Assembly (NCBI GenBank): GCA_937950565.1
Contig: CALFCS010000190.1
Coordinates: forward strand, 1,048-65,047
DNA: 64,000 nucleotides
Source: an uncultured Lachnospiraceae bacterium
GTDB taxonomy: Bacteria; Bacillota; Clostridia; Lachnospirales; Lachnospiraceae
Direction: 5' to 3'
Below, in pieces: positions 63,024-64,000 of this stretch; the first letter of the stretch is position 1; every line of letters starts with the position of its first letter. The notes beneath the pieces were generated by a model. The model searched no databases. It saw nothing but the letters and a program-made list of their open reading frames with translations, and was not told where the DNA came from. The position numbers and the translations under genes are program-made.

Positions 63024-64000
63024 AGATTCTCCTTTCTTCTTCCCTCAAAAGGAAAGATTTTTTATAGTCCTCATATATGCGTTGTTGTTCTTCGTTCATC
63101 TGCCCCCGTTCTATTAGCTGGCGGATATAATCTCTGTTATCCAGTTTTCCGATTTTATCCATTAGCTTTAAAGAGGGCGAAACTGCTACGTTCAGCCACT
63201 GCCATGTTCGTTCCAGTGTCTTTTTCTCTGGATTCATGGTCAACTTTATCTTCCCTACATCCTGCATGAGTTCTTCCCACGGGGGATAAGTAGGATAAAG
63301 CCGTTTTCTTGTAACCGTGCTGTTTTCCGGCTTCTGTAAAAACCGCACTTTCTCGTTTAATACAGACAACGCAATCCGTGCCACATCCCTGTCTTTCAGA
63401 AGTTCTTCTACTAATCTGACCGCTTTTTTGTGCCGGAATCGAAGTTCATATCTGTTCCAGTCCGGGTTGAGTTCTTTTCCGAACTTTTCTGCCTGTTCAT
63501 ATCCCTTTTCATAGAATGTAATCCGAAAATCACTGTGTTTACTGCCGAGATATAGTGTTTTTCCCTGCGCTTCTATTTCATCCTCTTTCAGTCTATCAGA
63601 ACGATTCTCTGCTGTATCACGCAACTGACTAGATATCAGCCCCTCGTTTTTCAGACGAATCAATTCCGGGATAGACAGATAAGGCTTTGTATCGTCGATT
63701 GCCAAGTCTATCCTCGGAAAATTCACCGGGTATCTGCAAACTCTTTCCAGAAAATCAAACCATGTTTCCTTATTCATCATAAGGAAATTTTCATAATTCC
63801 TGCACCCCGAACCACTCATAAGAATCTGAAATCCCTCATACTGTGCATTTCCTGTCGGTTTCAGAATCTTGATATTGTCAAATCTTGCTATCAGTTCGTG
63901 TCCAGCAATTCCTTTTTCCTTACCATGCAGTTCCATAAAACTCAGTGGAATCCGCAAGATATCTTCTATGATTATGAACACGTCTACACCTTTGACAGTA
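62968..64000 (-). CDS. Rep_trans-type replication initiation protein of an integrative element (partial; the frame stays open to the window end)
   Basis: GFQILMSGSGCRNYE, IDLAIDD and YLGSKHSDFRITFYEKGYEQ are typical of Rep_trans/Tn916 Orf20-like relaxase-replicases. No stop lies upstream of the GTG listed in the ORF track. Confidence 0.7.
   Translation of the reverse strand, partial: TVKGVDVFIIIEDILRIPLSFMELHGKEKGIAGHELIARFDNIKILKPTGNAQYEGFQILMSGSGCRNYENFLMMNKETWFDFLERVCRYPVNFPRIDLAIDDTKPYLSIPELIRLKNEGLISSQLRDTAENRSDRLKEDEIEAQGKTLYLGSKHSDFRITFYEKGYEQAEKFGKELNPDWNRYELRFRHKKAVRLVEELLKDRDVARIALSVLNEKVRFLQKPENSTVTRKRLYPTYPPWEELMQDVGKIKLTMNPEKKTLERTWQWLNVAVSPSLKLMDKIGKLDNRDYIRQLIERGQMNEEQQRIYEDYKKSFLLREEERRIFDRTYTENDTDKESPYSE

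Larger units (their letters stand above)
61411..64000. mobile_element. Integrase-proximal end of an integrative conjugative/mobilisable element (rep-xis-int); it continues beyond the window end
   Basis: The gene order Rep_trans, Xis, Int is transcribed toward an AT-rich junction at 61.2-61.5 kb. The exact att boundary cannot be determined from one end. Confidence 0.65.

Overview
This window looks like low-GC Firmicutes chromosome (Clostridia or Lachnospiraceae-like). All domain calls below come from reading motifs in the supplied translations. No database search was run.

(1) Positions 1-29.3 kb form one tightly packed minus-strand gene train that encodes an atypical type VII (Ess/T7SSb-like) secretion locus.
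- Recognisable T7SS parts: an EssC FtsK/SpoIIIE ATPase with N-terminal FHA domains, a YukD/EsaB-like ubiquitin-fold protein, five tandem WXG100 genes, and an HExxH toxin-like substrate followed by a lipoprotein.
- I could not recognise EssA, EssB or EsaA.
- In their place the locus carries two intact-looking Hanks Ser/Thr kinases with TPR ectodomains, a PP2C phosphatase and three further FHA-domain membrane proteins.
- Duplicated ETT[LV]L motifs lie next to the FHA domains of two of these proteins and in a fourth, non-FHA membrane protein.
- It also has a membrane-anchored trypsin-like protease fused to an FHA domain, an orphan LytTR response regulator, a 2767-aa Ig-repeat surface protein and an unannotated 44-aa membrane ORF.

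(2) 29.4-31.6 kb holds decayed accessory genes: a frameshifted GHSLGG hydrolase and a small gene with an in-frame amber codon. It also holds a convergent pair of paralogous structured-RNA candidates that share one bidirectional terminator.

(3) 31.6-38.5 kb is a purine-salvage operon: a permease, two adenine deaminase paralogues and an HTH regulator.

(4) 38.6-45.3 kb is a visibly AT-rich accessory island.
- An AAA15/21-type ATPase is followed by a 599-aa protein with a C-terminal HEPN Rx4H motif. This pair is a candidate defence system.
- The island also has two zinc-ribbon membrane paralogues and an HTH gene overlapping an atypical membrane kinase-like gene.

(5) 45.4-61.2 kb is housekeeping and cell envelope.
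- Class IV aminotransferase, YkvI-like transporter, LysR regulator and an SLH-anchored protein with Cys-rich repeats.
- queT behind a preQ1-I riboswitch, a methyltransferase, an OmpR/histidine-kinase pair, a GH25-LysM muramidase and a Spo0A C-terminal-domain-only protein.

(6) 61.4-64.0 kb is the integrase-proximal end of an integrative (Tn916-like) element with int, xis and a Rep_trans gene. The element continues beyond the window.
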